Notes under the pieces: model-generated | Databases searched by the model: none | What the model saw: the letters and a program-made list of their open reading frames with translations, nothing else | Told to the model about the DNA's origin: nothing | Translations under genes and position numbers: made by a program | From: Thermofilaceae archaeon | Lineage (GTDB): Archaea > Thermoproteota > Thermoprotei > Thermofilales > Thermofilaceae | Assembly (NCBI GenBank): GCA_038861545.1 | Contig: JAWCCZ010000003.1 | Coordinates: forward strand, 189,444 to 253,443 | DNA: 64,000 nucleotides | Direction: 5' to 3' | Shown here: positions 1 to 9,625 of the stretch, piece by piece | Position numbering within the stretch: the first letter of the stretch is position 1 | Layout of the letters: the number at the start of each line of letters is the position of its first letter

Positions 1-278
1 GCCCCTTCCCCACCCCCAATTATTAACACTTTTCTCGGGTTGGGATGTGTCACCATAGCCGGGTGGACTAGTGATTCGTGGTATACCCATTCGTCATATT
101 CGCTGCTTTGCAGCTTCCCGTCAAGGAACAGACATTTACCGAACGAGTAACTGTCTACTATATCCACTTGCTGGAACTTAGTCTTCCCAGTGTAAATAGT
201 CCTTTTAACTCCATGCAAATGCCCCTCATAGGGCATTTGCATCCATTCAATCACATACCTCCAAGAAACTTCAACCAT
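1..278 (-). CDS. speE: Spermidine synthase / polyamine aminopropyltransferase, 5' part (runs off window start)
   Basis: Not in the ORF track. Manual translation from ATG at 278: MVEVSWRYVIEW...GKTKFQQVDIVDSYSFGKCLFLDGKLQSSEYDEWVYHESLVHPAM..PNPRKVLIIGGGEG, with the SpeE hallmarks LDG..Q, DE..YHE.LVH and VLIIGGGEG. Confidence 0.95.
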   Translation of the reverse strand, partial: MVEVSWRYVIEWMQMPYEGHLHGVKRTIYTGKTKFQQVDIVDSYSFGKCLFLDGKLQSSEYDEWVYHESLVHPAMVTHPNPRKVLIIGGGEG

Positions 279-312
279 AAGAGTTATCCCATGGAGCCAG
301 TAAAAAGTTTTG

Positions 313-714
313 TTAATACTTGAAGAGCGGCGGCAGTAGCCTAGATTTTCTCCAAGCCTCTTCGACTTCCTCCAGCCTAGGTTGCTCGACCCCTAACTCC
401 GATGCTCTCCTAGCAACCACGGTCAGCACGTAATCCAGTGGCCTGAGTGCAAGCTCCAAGGGCGTATGGATACCAGCTTCTATTAACAGCTCCGCTAGCT
501 CAAGGCTAGCGACGCGACACATATCTGCAATTCTCACCAACTTTAGGAGCTCTCCCTCGCTAACTCCAACACTGCGAGCCAATGTTCTTCTATCTTGAGC
601 AGTTACTGTTAACTCCACTAACTCCCACAAGCTATGTAGCCCGTAAGCTCTTAATGCTTTTACTATGCGTTGATCAGCGAACTTTAGCCGGTCTATGCCG
701 ACTGGATCACTCAC
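313..714 (-). CDS. DUF4332-like helix-hairpin-helix protein
   Basis: R..LA...GVSE..LL..V..AD.CR...AELL..AGI.T..ELA pattern typical of DUF4332. Confidence 0.7.
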   Translation of the reverse strand: MSDPVGIDRLKFADQRIVKALRAYGLHSLWELVELTVTAQDRRTLARSVGVSEGELLKLVRIADMCRVASLELAELLIEAGIHTPLELALRPLDYVLTVVARRASELGVEQPRLEEVEEAWRKSRLLPPLFKY

Positions 715-807
715 AGTTTTCCAACAAATGACGGTTTAAACTTGCTACTCCCTGAAACCGTTGAGGAAAGCAAGAAGTTTATGAACTGGCTACATGCATA
801 AAGTATA

Positions 808-1410
808 GTGTCGCTCAAAGAGGAGTTCCTAAGGCTTTTAAAAGAAAACGAGGAGTTCAGGCTAGCAGTGGCAGTGTACCTAGACATCAAAGACTTAACA
901 CCGGTCCTCGATAGACTAGTACGGGCAGGCCACTCTCTCAGAAAGTCTATCGCTGCGCAAAGCGGGCAGCTGAAAAGCCAAACAGAGAGCATAAACTTAT
1001 TCTAAAGCGCTGTAAAGTACCAAGGAGAAAAAGTTGAAACGCTTTAAAAAGCTCTGAGAACCCATGGTGAAAAACTCGACTCGCCTGAAAGCGCCGTAAA
1101 AGGGCTTGTGAAGGCTGTAAAGGTGTTAAGGGAGGCGAGTGCAAAACATGAGGAGCGGCTTACTAGGATCGAGGGAGATGTCCGCTCGATTAAGTCTAAC
1201 CTTGACAAATACTTGATAAGCCTTGAAGAAGAGGCGAACGAGGTTATTGGTATCTCCTCAAGCAGAGAGGTTACCAATTATCCACGGATCCTGCAAGCTT
1301 TGACGCCAAGTATGAGTTAGATATCTGCGGAACAGACTGATACTTGACGGTTATCGGAGAGGCGAAGGTGAGAGCTGGTACGAGAACGATTAAATGGGTC
1401 TTTGAGAGAG
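808..1410 (+). pseudogene. Decayed crenarchaeal coiled-coil + PD-(D/E)XK nuclease-like gene
   Basis: N-terminus MSLKEEFLRLLKENEEFRLAVA; the same frame continues through in-frame TAA stops at 1003 and 1045 into coiled coil (KHEERLTRIEGDVRSIK); after a frameshift FDAKYELDICGTD*YLTVIGEAKVRAG (ELD...EAK motif, TGA at 1338). Confidence 0.7.
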
Positions 1411-1458
1411 CGGACATTGGGGGAAAGTATTTGTATCCCTCTCCAGCAAGCACTTCCA

Positions 1459-1755
1459 ATGACGCGGGATCAGGCTATCGGAGCCGGTTTAATGGTCGGA
1501 TCAATCGCCGGCATCGCCCTCTACGGTTGGCTGCTTACGACCCCGTACAGCTCCTTAGTCATTCATTTAACTGCCTTCATCGCCGTAGCGGGAGTCCTAG
1601 GCATCCTCGCGTGGATCGGCTACACACTAGCTACAACCCCACCTCCTAAACCAATCGAAGAAATCGAAAAGGAAATCGAAGAAGAGCTCAAAAAACTCGA
1701 GGAAGAAGCAAAGAAAGAGGGGGAAAGCAAGGAAGCTGCGGCGAGCACGGGATAG
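1459..1755 (+). CDS. Conserved small crenarchaeal two-TM protein with charged coiled-coil tail
   Basis: MTRDQAIG...GILAWIGYTLATTPPPKPIEEIEKEIEEELKKLEEE; ATG at 1459 preferred over TTG at 1402. Confidence 0.8.
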   Translation: MTRDQAIGAGLMVGSIAGIALYGWLLTTPYSSLVIHLTAFIAVAGVLGILAWIGYTLATTPPPKPIEEIEKEIEEELKKLEEEAKKEGESKEAAASTG

Positions 1756-1765
1756 CGGGGGGAAC

Positions 1766-3523
1766 GTGGGTATACGCATCATTTTTCTCTTAACCTTATT
1801 CGTATTTTCAACTCTATTGTTAGTATCAATCGCAACAGCGCAAGCGTGGCTTACAGTAACCACTGAATTTGAAACCTACGAGCAGGGCGACGTAGTGGAA
1901 ATCACCCTTCAAGGCCCCATTGGAGCAGAAGTCATGCTGGAGGTCAGGGATCCGCTAGGCGAATTAATAGATAGCAAGTACGTAGTGATATGGCCGGAAA
2001 GAACCGTTAATGTGAACTTACCGCTCAGCGAAGAGTGCACTGAAGGTGTTTACACAGTCACTGCCAGCTTCCTAACGTACACCGTTCAAACAAGGTTCAC
2101 TGTTCTGCGGAAACCATCTCCCATTCTCGTCCTAGCGCCCCCCGGCAGCGCTCAAACCGGTGAAGAGGTGACAGTAATCGGTTTTGTATACCCAGGGTTA
2201 AGCTTACCACTCGAAGCTTATATTAAGCTCCCCGGCGGCGAGTGGATCCATTTCGGAGAGATACAATCTAACGCTAGCGGTTGGCTGACGTTCTCGGTGA
2301 AGCCGGACGCGGAGGGTATCTATGAAGTTAAAGTCAGATACAGGGGCTCGCCCGAGCTCGCGCCCGTCATGACCATAGCTAACTTCACTGTTATGGTTTC
2401 CAAACCACCTGGATGCCGGGTGGAACCATTAGGCACCAAGCAGCTCAACGAAACCGCAAAGCTAGCCTGCAGGGAGTGCGAGGCAATAATTGCTAGAACT
2501 ATACGCGGGGATCGACTGTACAAGCCGGGGGAAACGGTAAAGCTAGATACCCCCGGTCCTTGGTTCATTTACCCCCTATGCAACGGTGCGCTGGGAACTC
2601 CGGTGCTCACACTGGTTAAGTCGAGCATCAGCATGCACCTTGAAACCCCTGAAGAAGTCGAGGCCGGTAAACCTTTTACGCTGAAAGTCCGTTTATCACC
2701 TCCAACTCCAATGCTGAGAGTAGAGGTTCTCGGAGAAGAAGGTCGAATACTCGCAGCTGCGAGTACGAGAGTAGATGGAGTATCTATTATGAGGCTCAAC
2801 CTTACGAGGATAGGCAAGCTCCGTATCCACGCAGAGCTTCAGCCCACAGGCGTGTTCGAAGCGAGCTTCAGTCAGCCAGTCTTAATCACTGTTCGGGGTA
2901 GGGAGATGCATGTATGGATAACTGTAACTGATGCTGAAGGGGAAAAACTGCACGGAGCAATTATAGCAGTAGACAGCCTAGCAGTTGAAGCCACAGAAGG
3001 CGTAGCGTGGGTTCCACTTAAAGCGGGGGAGTACAACCTAACAGTGCTATGGCATGGCTTCACGGTTTACAAGGGAGAGCAGCTTATTGAGAACTTCAGC
3101 ATAATAATACCTACATGGTTATACAGCATTAAAGTCAAGGTGATAGACTTCATCGGGGAGCCGGCTCAACTCGAGCAAGTAGAGCTACTCAATGGAAGCG
3201 TTCTCCTAGCAGCGGTGACAACCAACGAAGACGGAGAGGTAGCGTTCACCAGGCTCCCGCCGGGTACCTACACCGTGCGCGCGAGGGGTATAGCGGTCAC
3301 GCTTAAACTGCCGGACGAGCGCGAGGCAACACTACAATTACCGCTTCCAGCCTGGTTTGTAACGGCTGTAGCGTTAACCCTGCTTACAGCGATCTCGCTA
3401 ATAATCGTAGAGTGGCGCGCATCGGGAGAAAAAACCGGAGTAAAAATCATTAGGGAAAAGAGCCAGCCGACCAGCGAGCAAGCAGCAACCAAGGGTTTTA
3501 AAAGCTCAGCATCCAGCTCATAG
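1766..3523 (+). CDS. Secreted, C-terminally anchored multi-Ig/carboxypeptidase-regulatory-like surface protein (module copy 1, large gene)
   Basis: Signal peptide ending ATAQA, beta-rich repeats (Y.QGD.V.I, G.Y.V, TNEDGEVAFTRLPPGTYTV), C-terminal TM AWFVTAVALTLLTAISLIIV. Confidence 0.8.
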   Translation: MGIRIIFLLTLFVFSTLLLVSIATAQAWLTVTTEFETYEQGDVVEITLQGPIGAEVMLEVRDPLGELIDSKYVVIWPERTVNVNLPLSEECTEGVYTVTASFLTYTVQTRFTVLRKPSPILVLAPPGSAQTGEEVTVIGFVYPGLSLPLEAYIKLPGGEWIHFGEIQSNASGWLTFSVKPDAEGIYEVKVRYRGSPELAPVMTIANFTVMVSKPPGCRVEPLGTKQLNETAKLACRECEAIIARTIRGDRLYKPGETVKLDTPGPWFIYPLCNGALGTPVLTLVKSSISMHLETPEEVEAGKPFTLKVRLSPPTPMLRVEVLGEEGRILAAASTRVDGVSIMRLNLTRIGKLRIHAELQPTGVFEASFSQPVLITVRGREMHVWITVTDAEGEKLHGAIIAVDSLAVEATEGVAWVPLKAGEYNLTVLWHGFTVYKGEQLIENFSIIIPTWLYSIKVKVIDFIGEPAQLEQVELLNGSVLLAAVTTNEDGEVAFTRLPPGTYTVRARGIAVTLKLPDEREATLQLPLPAWFVTAVALTLLTAISLIIVEWRASGEKTGVKIIREKSQPTSEQAATKGFKSSASSS

Positions 3524-3524
3524 C

Positions 3525-3956
3525 GTGGAGGAAGAGATAACCGTAGAGGTAACGCTGACTTGGAGAGTATTAACGGCGCTGGCGGCACTGGCGGCGGCCG
3601 CAGCGATAATTACACAATATCAGCAGCTCAACCTCACTGTTAAAGAGCTTTCGGCAAGCCTCTCCACCCCTATTTTCAGAGAAACCGCGGCGGAAGTAAG
3701 CTTGGATAAGCAATCCTACAAACCCGGTGACCCAGTGAGACTAAGAATATGCCTCTCAACTAAAATCGAGAAGATCCTCACCGTAACCATCGAAGAACCA
3801 TCAGGACTTGCACACCTCATCCTCGCCAAACCGGAAGACACGTGTCTCCTAGCTACGGTAACCCTACCCGGCAATGCTTCACCAGGCGAGTATAAAATCA
3901 CTGTCAGAGGTGACGGAAAGCTGATCGCGATAAAGATGTTCAAAGTCTCGGAGTAG
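3525..3956 (+). CDS. Small N-terminally anchored single Ig-like (MG2-like) domain protein (module copy 1, small gene)
   Basis: N-terminal TM, then LDKQSYKPGDPVRLRI...LPGNASPGEYKITV; starts 1 nt after upstream stop. Confidence 0.75.
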   Translation: MEEEITVEVTLTWRVLTALAALAAAAAIITQYQQLNLTVKELSASLSTPIFRETAAEVSLDKQSYKPGDPVRLRICLSTKIEKILTVTIEEPSGLAHLILAKPEDTCLLATVTLPGNASPGEYKITVRGDGKLIAIKMFKVSE

Positions 3957-4057
3957 AGGTTAAAGCCAAAAGCATACAGCTGTAACCTCCACACAGGTTT
4001 TAAACCGGGTGGTAAAAGCGTCAAAAATATTTAGTCAACAATAAAGGGGATAAGACA

Positions 4058-4486
4058 ATGCCGGAAAATTATCTGTCCTCTCTCGGGGGGCTTCCGTCAA
4101 CTACGCAGATGCAAGTAACCCCATCACTGGTCTCCGCCGCCTACAAGCGAGCCCTACGGTACGGCACTTTCTGGAAGCTCCCCGCAGAGGAGCGCGCCAT
4201 TCTCCTTCTAGCTAGGAAATTAAAAGCAATTAAAAGCCCAACCCTCCTCGAGGCAATCCTCAGAATCCTCGGGAGAATATGGCCTGAAAAAGCTAAAGCC
4301 TTTCAAGCTTTCGAGCTTGGAGCTAAAGTACTAGCCCACAAGGTAAACACAGCCCTAAAAGTCGGGGCTAAAACCGTGGCTCAAGCACTCCTTAAAGCTG
4401 CTCCCACCTTAATACCACAGCTAGGCTACTCCTACATGAACACACCAGTATTCTATAGGCCAAAACTCGATGAAAGCATCAAGTAA
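4058..4486 (+). CDS. Hypothetical basic helical protein
   Basis: 142-aa ORF with AT-rich promoter-like sequence at ~4023-4032; no motif confidently recognised. Confidence 0.65.
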   Translation: MPENYLSSLGGLPSTTQMQVTPSLVSAAYKRALRYGTFWKLPAEERAILLLARKLKAIKSPTLLEAILRILGRIWPEKAKAFQAFELGAKVLAHKVNTALKVGAKTVAQALLKAAPTLIPQLGYSYMNTPVFYRPKLDESIK

Positions 4487-4570
4487 AGCGCGAAAATGAA
4501 AGGTGAAAACTGGGCTATGCGCGCTTACAAAGGCGGCTCTACGAATCCCCTCGAATCACATCAGAGATAA

Positions 4571-5722
4571 GTGTTGAGTGAGGATACCTTCGTCTCAGTG
4601 ATCATACCAACGAGAAACGAGCGCGAAAGCATAGCTGAGTGCGTTGAAAAAGCTAGGAAGACTCTCGAAGAGATGAAACTCACAGGCGAGATAATAGTCT
4701 CAGACAACTCCAGCGACGACACACCAGAAATAGCGAGAGGGAAAGGAGCCATAGTTGTGCATCCCGACAGGCTAGGATACGGCTACGCGTATATTTACGC
4801 TCTCCGCCATGCTAAAGGCAAGTACATCGTCATGGCCGATGGTGACTGCACCTACGACCTCAGCGAGATGTCTAAACACCTTGAACCCCTCCTTAAAGGA
4901 GAAGCCGATGTAGTCCTCGGCACCAGGATCAAAGGTAAAATAATGCCTGGAGCCATGCACTGGCTGCACAAGTACATCGGCAACCCACTCCTGACTCATA
5001 TTCTCAACCGGTTCTACGGCACGCGCGTCTCCGACGCCCATACCGGCTTTAGAGCTTTCACTAGGGAGGCGCTGGAGAAAATCGAGCCGACTGCTGCTGG
5101 TATGGAGTTCGCCAGCGAGCTCATCATAAAGGCGGCGTATGCGGGCCTCAGAATCAAGGAGGTCCCCATAACCTACTACCCCCGAAGAGGTGGAAAGTCG
5201 AAGCTCAGAAGCTTTAGGGACGGCTGGCGCCACCTAAAGCTGATGCTAACCTTCGCCCCCAAGTTCCTCTACTACATCCCCGGCGCAGCTATGATGCTAA
5301 CCGGGGTGACATTCATGCTAGCAGCTCTCCTCAGGGTCCACCTCGGCTACTCACCAGGCATCCACTCCTCTATCCTAGGAAGCATGCTCACGATACTCGG
5401 CTTCAACTTTGTAACTCTTGGGCTTGTCACTGATATCTATCTCACCAACCTTCTTGGCAGACCGACCAGCTCAATAACTACCGCCATCCTGAAGCACTTC
5501 AGCTCTGAAAAAGCGATGCTTCTCGGGGTGCTCCTCTCACTTGTTGGGCTAGCCTACCTGCTCCACATCTTCATCGCCTGGGTGGAAAGCGGATACCGAT
5601 ACATACCATTAAGAGGCGAGAACGTTGTAGCCTCAACACTTTTTATACTAGGCCTCCAAACTATCGTACAGACCTTCACGCTACATCTCATTTCAGTAGC
5701 AGTCAGTGAGCAGCGGCGCTAA
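4571..5722 (+). CDS. GT2 glycosyltransferase, dolichol-phosphate sugar synthase-like with C-terminal TM helices
   Basis: VIIPTRNE, DNSSDDT, MADGDCTY, DAHTGFRAF, GMEFASE, EVPITY, KLRSFRDGWRHL, several C-terminal TM segments. Confidence 0.9.
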   Translation: MLSEDTFVSVIIPTRNERESIAECVEKARKTLEEMKLTGEIIVSDNSSDDTPEIARGKGAIVVHPDRLGYGYAYIYALRHAKGKYIVMADGDCTYDLSEMSKHLEPLLKGEADVVLGTRIKGKIMPGAMHWLHKYIGNPLLTHILNRFYGTRVSDAHTGFRAFTREALEKIEPTAAGMEFASELIIKAAYAGLRIKEVPITYYPRRGGKSKLRSFRDGWRHLKLMLTFAPKFLYYIPGAAMMLTGVTFMLAALLRVHLGYSPGIHSSILGSMLTILGFNFVTLGLVTDIYLTNLLGRPTSSITTAILKHFSSEKAMLLGVLLSLVGLAYLLHIFIAWVESGYRYIPLRGENVVASTLFILGLQTIVQTFTLHLISVAVSEQRR

Positions 5723-5736
5723 GCAGTGCGGACAGA

Positions 5737-6741
5737 ATGGCTAACTACGACCTCCTCGTAATTGTTATCAACTATAACTCGAAATCCTTTGTCGGTATAG
5801 TCAAGAAACTGATGGAGGGCATCGCCGAGCTAACCAGATACCTCAACACAAAACTCCTCTTTGTGGACAACGCTAGCAGCGATGGTAGCTTCGAGGAAGC
5901 CGCCGAGCACGCGCGTAAAGCTGGGGCTGATGTCGAGGCAGTAAAATTAACTAAAAACTTTGGCTTCACGCGAGCTGTTAATATCGCCTGGCACTACGCC
6001 CGCAAAAAGTGGAGCTTCAAGTACCTAGCTCTTCTCAATAATGACCTTGTCATAATACCTCGAAACCTCGCAAAGTTAGCAAAGTATTTGGAAATCGGTA
6101 GAGTTGCCGGCGTCCAAGGCACAATCATGCAAATGCATAACCCCAGCCTCATTGACAACTGTGGCTTCATGATAGACCAAAACGGGCTAACATACCCAGT
6201 CTGCAGAGGATATCCGTTTGACTGCGCTGAGTTATACACACCAAGCTACCTCAGCGGAGCTTGTTCACTTTATCGCGCCGACGCTATAGCGGAACTCGGC
6301 CAACCCTTCGACAACCGCGTCGAAAGCTACTACGACGACAAACACCTAGGCCTCCGCCTCTGGAGTAAAGGTTATAGGTTGTTACATGTACCGATAATTG
6401 TCGCTTATCATTTAGGATCAGCTAGTTACTCATGTAATGGAAGAACAATAAAAGGGTCCAAATGGTTTGAAGGAATAGTATTTGCAGAGCTAGCCATCGC
6501 AGTTAATTATAGAAGATTCTCCTACCCTATCATGGCTTTATACATAGCTTCATCAGTACTCGCTTCAATTTTAACAATGAATAATTATGTTAAAAGTTAT
6601 ATAATAGCAGTAAAAAGAGTTAAAAATTTCATTGATGAAACTATTGCTATTAGGAACATACCTAAAATTGTCTATATTAAATCAATTGCTAAATTCAACA
6701 GATTATATAAAGGAATACAAATAAAAATTAATTACAAATGA
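5737..6741 (+). CDS. GT2 glycosyltransferase (rhamnosyltransferase-like)
   Basis: INYN, VDNASSDGS, NFGFTRAVN, LLNND, SGAC, YYDD..LG.R, AYHLGSAS. Confidence 0.85.
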   Translation: MANYDLLVIVINYNSKSFVGIVKKLMEGIAELTRYLNTKLLFVDNASSDGSFEEAAEHARKAGADVEAVKLTKNFGFTRAVNIAWHYARKKWSFKYLALLNNDLVIIPRNLAKLAKYLEIGRVAGVQGTIMQMHNPSLIDNCGFMIDQNGLTYPVCRGYPFDCAELYTPSYLSGACSLYRADAIAELGQPFDNRVESYYDDKHLGLRLWSKGYRLLHVPIIVAYHLGSASYSCNGRTIKGSKWFEGIVFAELAIAVNYRRFSYPIMALYIASSVLASILTMNNYVKSYIIAVKRVKNFIDETIAIRNIPKIVYIKSIAKFNRLYKGIQIKINYK

Positions 6742-6766
6742 AACGTTATTTAAATGGAAAACATAT

Positions 6767-7882
6767 ATGAAAGATAAAGTTATTCTACTTCGCTCTCGTA
6801 TAACAGATTCGAGCGTTTTTAAAATAGCAGAAGCACTATCAGAACGATATGATGTAACTCTGATCATTTGGAACAGAAGCTTAGAGAAGATTAAAACTAA
6901 CTTAAAATACAAATTATTTTTATTAAATCTTAAAGCACCTTATGATAATATTAAAGTAATAATATTTATACCTTTCTGGCTAATATATCAGTATATTATG
7001 TTAATGAGAATCAAACCAGATATTGTACATTCATTTGATATTGATACACTTATTCCAGCAATTTTTTATAAAATAACAAAATCAAAGAAACTTGTATATA
7101 CTATTTTAGATTTTTATGCTAATACTTTAATATATGTATTAAAACTTATTAAAAGTTTCTTTTCCTCATTGGAAAAATTTTTGCTAAGATTTTGTGATGT
7201 TGTAATAATTGTTGATCCTACAAGGTATTCTCAAATCAAAGGTGCACCTATTAGGAAAATAGGAATAATCTACAACACTCCTCCTGATATAATAGGTACA
7301 CATCAATTTTCTACACCGGCACAAATAACAAAGGACAAAGATTTCGTAATTTTTTATGCTGGTAATTTGCATAGAGAAAGGAATTTGATACGAATAATTA
7401 AAGCAGTATTGACCCTTGATAATACTAAATTTATAATTGCTGGAAGAGGAGAATTAGAAAATGTTATCATTAGAGTAGCTAAAAAGTTTGAAAGAAAAAT
7501 AACATATTTAGAATATATTACATACGATGAAGTACTTAGAAGAAGCTTGGCTGCAGATGTTTTAGTCGCATTCTATGATCCTAGTACTCCAAATAACCTG
7601 TATGCTAGTCCGAATAAACTCTTCGAAGCTATGATGTTGGGCAAGCCGATTATCACTAATGATGGTACTTTAACTGCAAAAATTGTGAAACAATTTGGAA
7701 TCGGCTTAGTAGTACCCTATGGTGATGATGATGCGATTAGAAAGGCACTTCTTATGTTAAAAGATAATCCAACTTTATCGTTTTCACTTGGTCTCAAAGG
7801 TCGGAAAATATACGAGAAATTGTTCTCATGGAATAAGATGCGAGAAAGGTTATTCAACATATATGAGAGTTTGTCTAATTAA
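6767..7882 (+). CDS. GT4 (GT-B) glycosyltransferase
   Basis: PDIVH, FYAG, ASPNKLFEAMMLGKPII, FSW C-terminal motif. Confidence 0.9.
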   Translation: MKDKVILLRSRITDSSVFKIAEALSERYDVTLIIWNRSLEKIKTNLKYKLFLLNLKAPYDNIKVIIFIPFWLIYQYIMLMRIKPDIVHSFDIDTLIPAIFYKITKSKKLVYTILDFYANTLIYVLKLIKSFFSSLEKFLLRFCDVVIIVDPTRYSQIKGAPIRKIGIIYNTPPDIIGTHQFSTPAQITKDKDFVIFYAGNLHRERNLIRIIKAVLTLDNTKFIIAGRGELENVIIRVAKKFERKITYLEYITYDEVLRRSLAADVLVAFYDPSTPNNLYASPNKLFEAMMLGKPIITNDGTLTAKIVKQFGIGLVVPYGDDDAIRKALLMLKDNPTLSFSLGLKGRKIYEKLFSWNKMRERLFNIYESLSN

Positions 7883-7891
7883 GTCATAAAA

Positions 7892-9055
7892 ATGATGAAG
7901 TTTAATTTACTTTTTATTACACCAGTCAACTTAGCTTATCCTGGAGGTGTAGAACGTTGGTTGAAAGAACTTTCACAACTTTTAAGGTCAAGGGGCAATT
8001 CGATTAGCATATTGCAGACCAAATGGATACCGCACACCACAAGTATCTTGGATCCCAAAAAGATTACAACTCAGAACACAACAATTCATAACTGCCGATA
8101 TTTAAAAGTACCCGGTGTAGAAACTGTTGTTATCGATCCAAACAATGTAATAAAAATACTGCAAGAATCATTAAATTTAAACAATATAGATTTGGTATAT
8201 CATTTGGTATATCCACCGAATGAAATCATACTTGGTTACATAGCAAAAGTTATTAAGATGACCGCGATAGCTGGAATTCACTTCAGTTTTTCTACTCTCA
8301 TCGAGAGAGCGAAATGGAAGCTGTATTTCCCTATATTTCTGCAGGGTCTTAGACAATATAAAGTCATACATGTCTTAAACCAACATGTCTATGATTATTT
8401 AGAAACATTAGGTTTTTCGAATGTTTACTTTATATCCAATGGTATTAATACATCAAAGTTTTACGTAGATAACGCGGACGTTTTCACGGTATATTGGTCA
8501 GGCCGATTTACATATGATAAGGGAGCGGATATTGCGATCGACATCGTACGGGCTTTCAATGATCATTACTCGCATGAAGTAGAAAAGAAGGAAGTGTTAT
8601 TTGTGTTTAGTGGTACTGGTGATAAAAAATATGAGAAGAAAATAAAAGAATTATCGAAAAAATACAACAACGTCAAATATTTAGGGTTCGTCCCAGATGC
8701 TCTGCTACCGCAGTGCTACGCGACATCTAACTTATTCTTAGTAACATCTCGTGTTGAGGGAATGCCCATAAGAGTATTAGAAGCAACCGCTTCAGGGCTA
8801 CCTGTTGTAAGTTCGAATATACCGGGAGTGATTGAAATCCTTCATACAACTAAAATAGGTAGTCTTGTGAAACCTAACAATGTTACTGCATTTATCAGAG
8901 CTATAAAAAAATTTTACAAACTATGGAAAGAAAATCCTTCCTATTATTTTTATATTAAGAAGATTATTAGAAATCGTACAATAATGAACTATGACTGGAA
9001 TGTAATCATACCTCGTTTTGAAAGTATGCTAGCTTATGCCATCAGGACTCTCTGA
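7892..9055 (+). CDS. GT4 (GT-B) glycosyltransferase
   Basis: GGVE, NGIN, GRF..DKG, EGMPIRVLEATASGLPVV (EX7E), YDW. Confidence 0.9.
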   Translation: MMKFNLLFITPVNLAYPGGVERWLKELSQLLRSRGNSISILQTKWIPHTTSILDPKKITTQNTTIHNCRYLKVPGVETVVIDPNNVIKILQESLNLNNIDLVYHLVYPPNEIILGYIAKVIKMTAIAGIHFSFSTLIERAKWKLYFPIFLQGLRQYKVIHVLNQHVYDYLETLGFSNVYFISNGINTSKFYVDNADVFTVYWSGRFTYDKGADIAIDIVRAFNDHYSHEVEKKEVLFVFSGTGDKKYEKKIKELSKKYNNVKYLGFVPDALLPQCYATSNLFLVTSRVEGMPIRVLEATASGLPVVSSNIPGVIEILHTTKIGSLVKPNNVTAFIRAIKKFYKLWKENPSYYFYIKKIIRNRTIMNYDWNVIIPRFESMLAYAIRTL

Positions 9056-9064
9056 ATGGTTGCT

Positions 9065-9625
9065 ATGCACTGGCCTGGCGCCGGTGTGGGTGAGCTCTGC
9101 TTGGCGAAGGATCACTACATGCTCGTGTCACTGATGGATCACTGAGGTGTCGAACTGATCAAGCTGGGGAGGAGGATTAACGGGTACATGCCCCACCACA
9201 TTGTTGGGCTGATAGAAAGGGTTGCGGATCTTGAGGGCTTCCAACTGCGCTCGGCTAAGGTGGTGGTTCTAGGTGTGGCGTACAAGGGTGGGGTTAACGA
9301 TGCACGCGATACTTCTGCGCGCGTCGTTGTCAGCGAATTGCTGGAGAGGGGTGTTCGCGTGGTGGTTTACGATCCCTACGTGCGCGGGTCTTTTGGTGTT
9401 ATGTACTCTGATTCGCTGGAGGAGGCTGTGAAGGATGCTGACGTGGTGGCTATCGTCACTGATCACCTGGAGTTTGGGGGATCGACTTGCAGCGCCTAGA
9501 GGTTTTAGTAAGGAGGGAAGATTATCGTGGATGGGAGGAGGGTTTTTGAGCCGCAGCAGGCCCTGTCGAGCGGTTTCCGGTACTACGGGATTGGCTACGG
9601 CATACCCTGGAGGGTGCAGGCATGA
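9065..9625 (+). pseudogene. C-terminal remnant of a nucleotide-sugar (UDP-glucose/GDP-mannose family) dehydrogenase
   Basis: MHWPGAGVGELCLAKD (degenerate PGxGVGGxCxxKD), in-frame TGA, then VLGVAYKGGVNDAR, YDPYV, VTDH.EF, frameshifted tail IVDGRRVF...YYGIGYG ending at 9625; N-terminal Rossmann domain absent. Confidence 0.85.
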
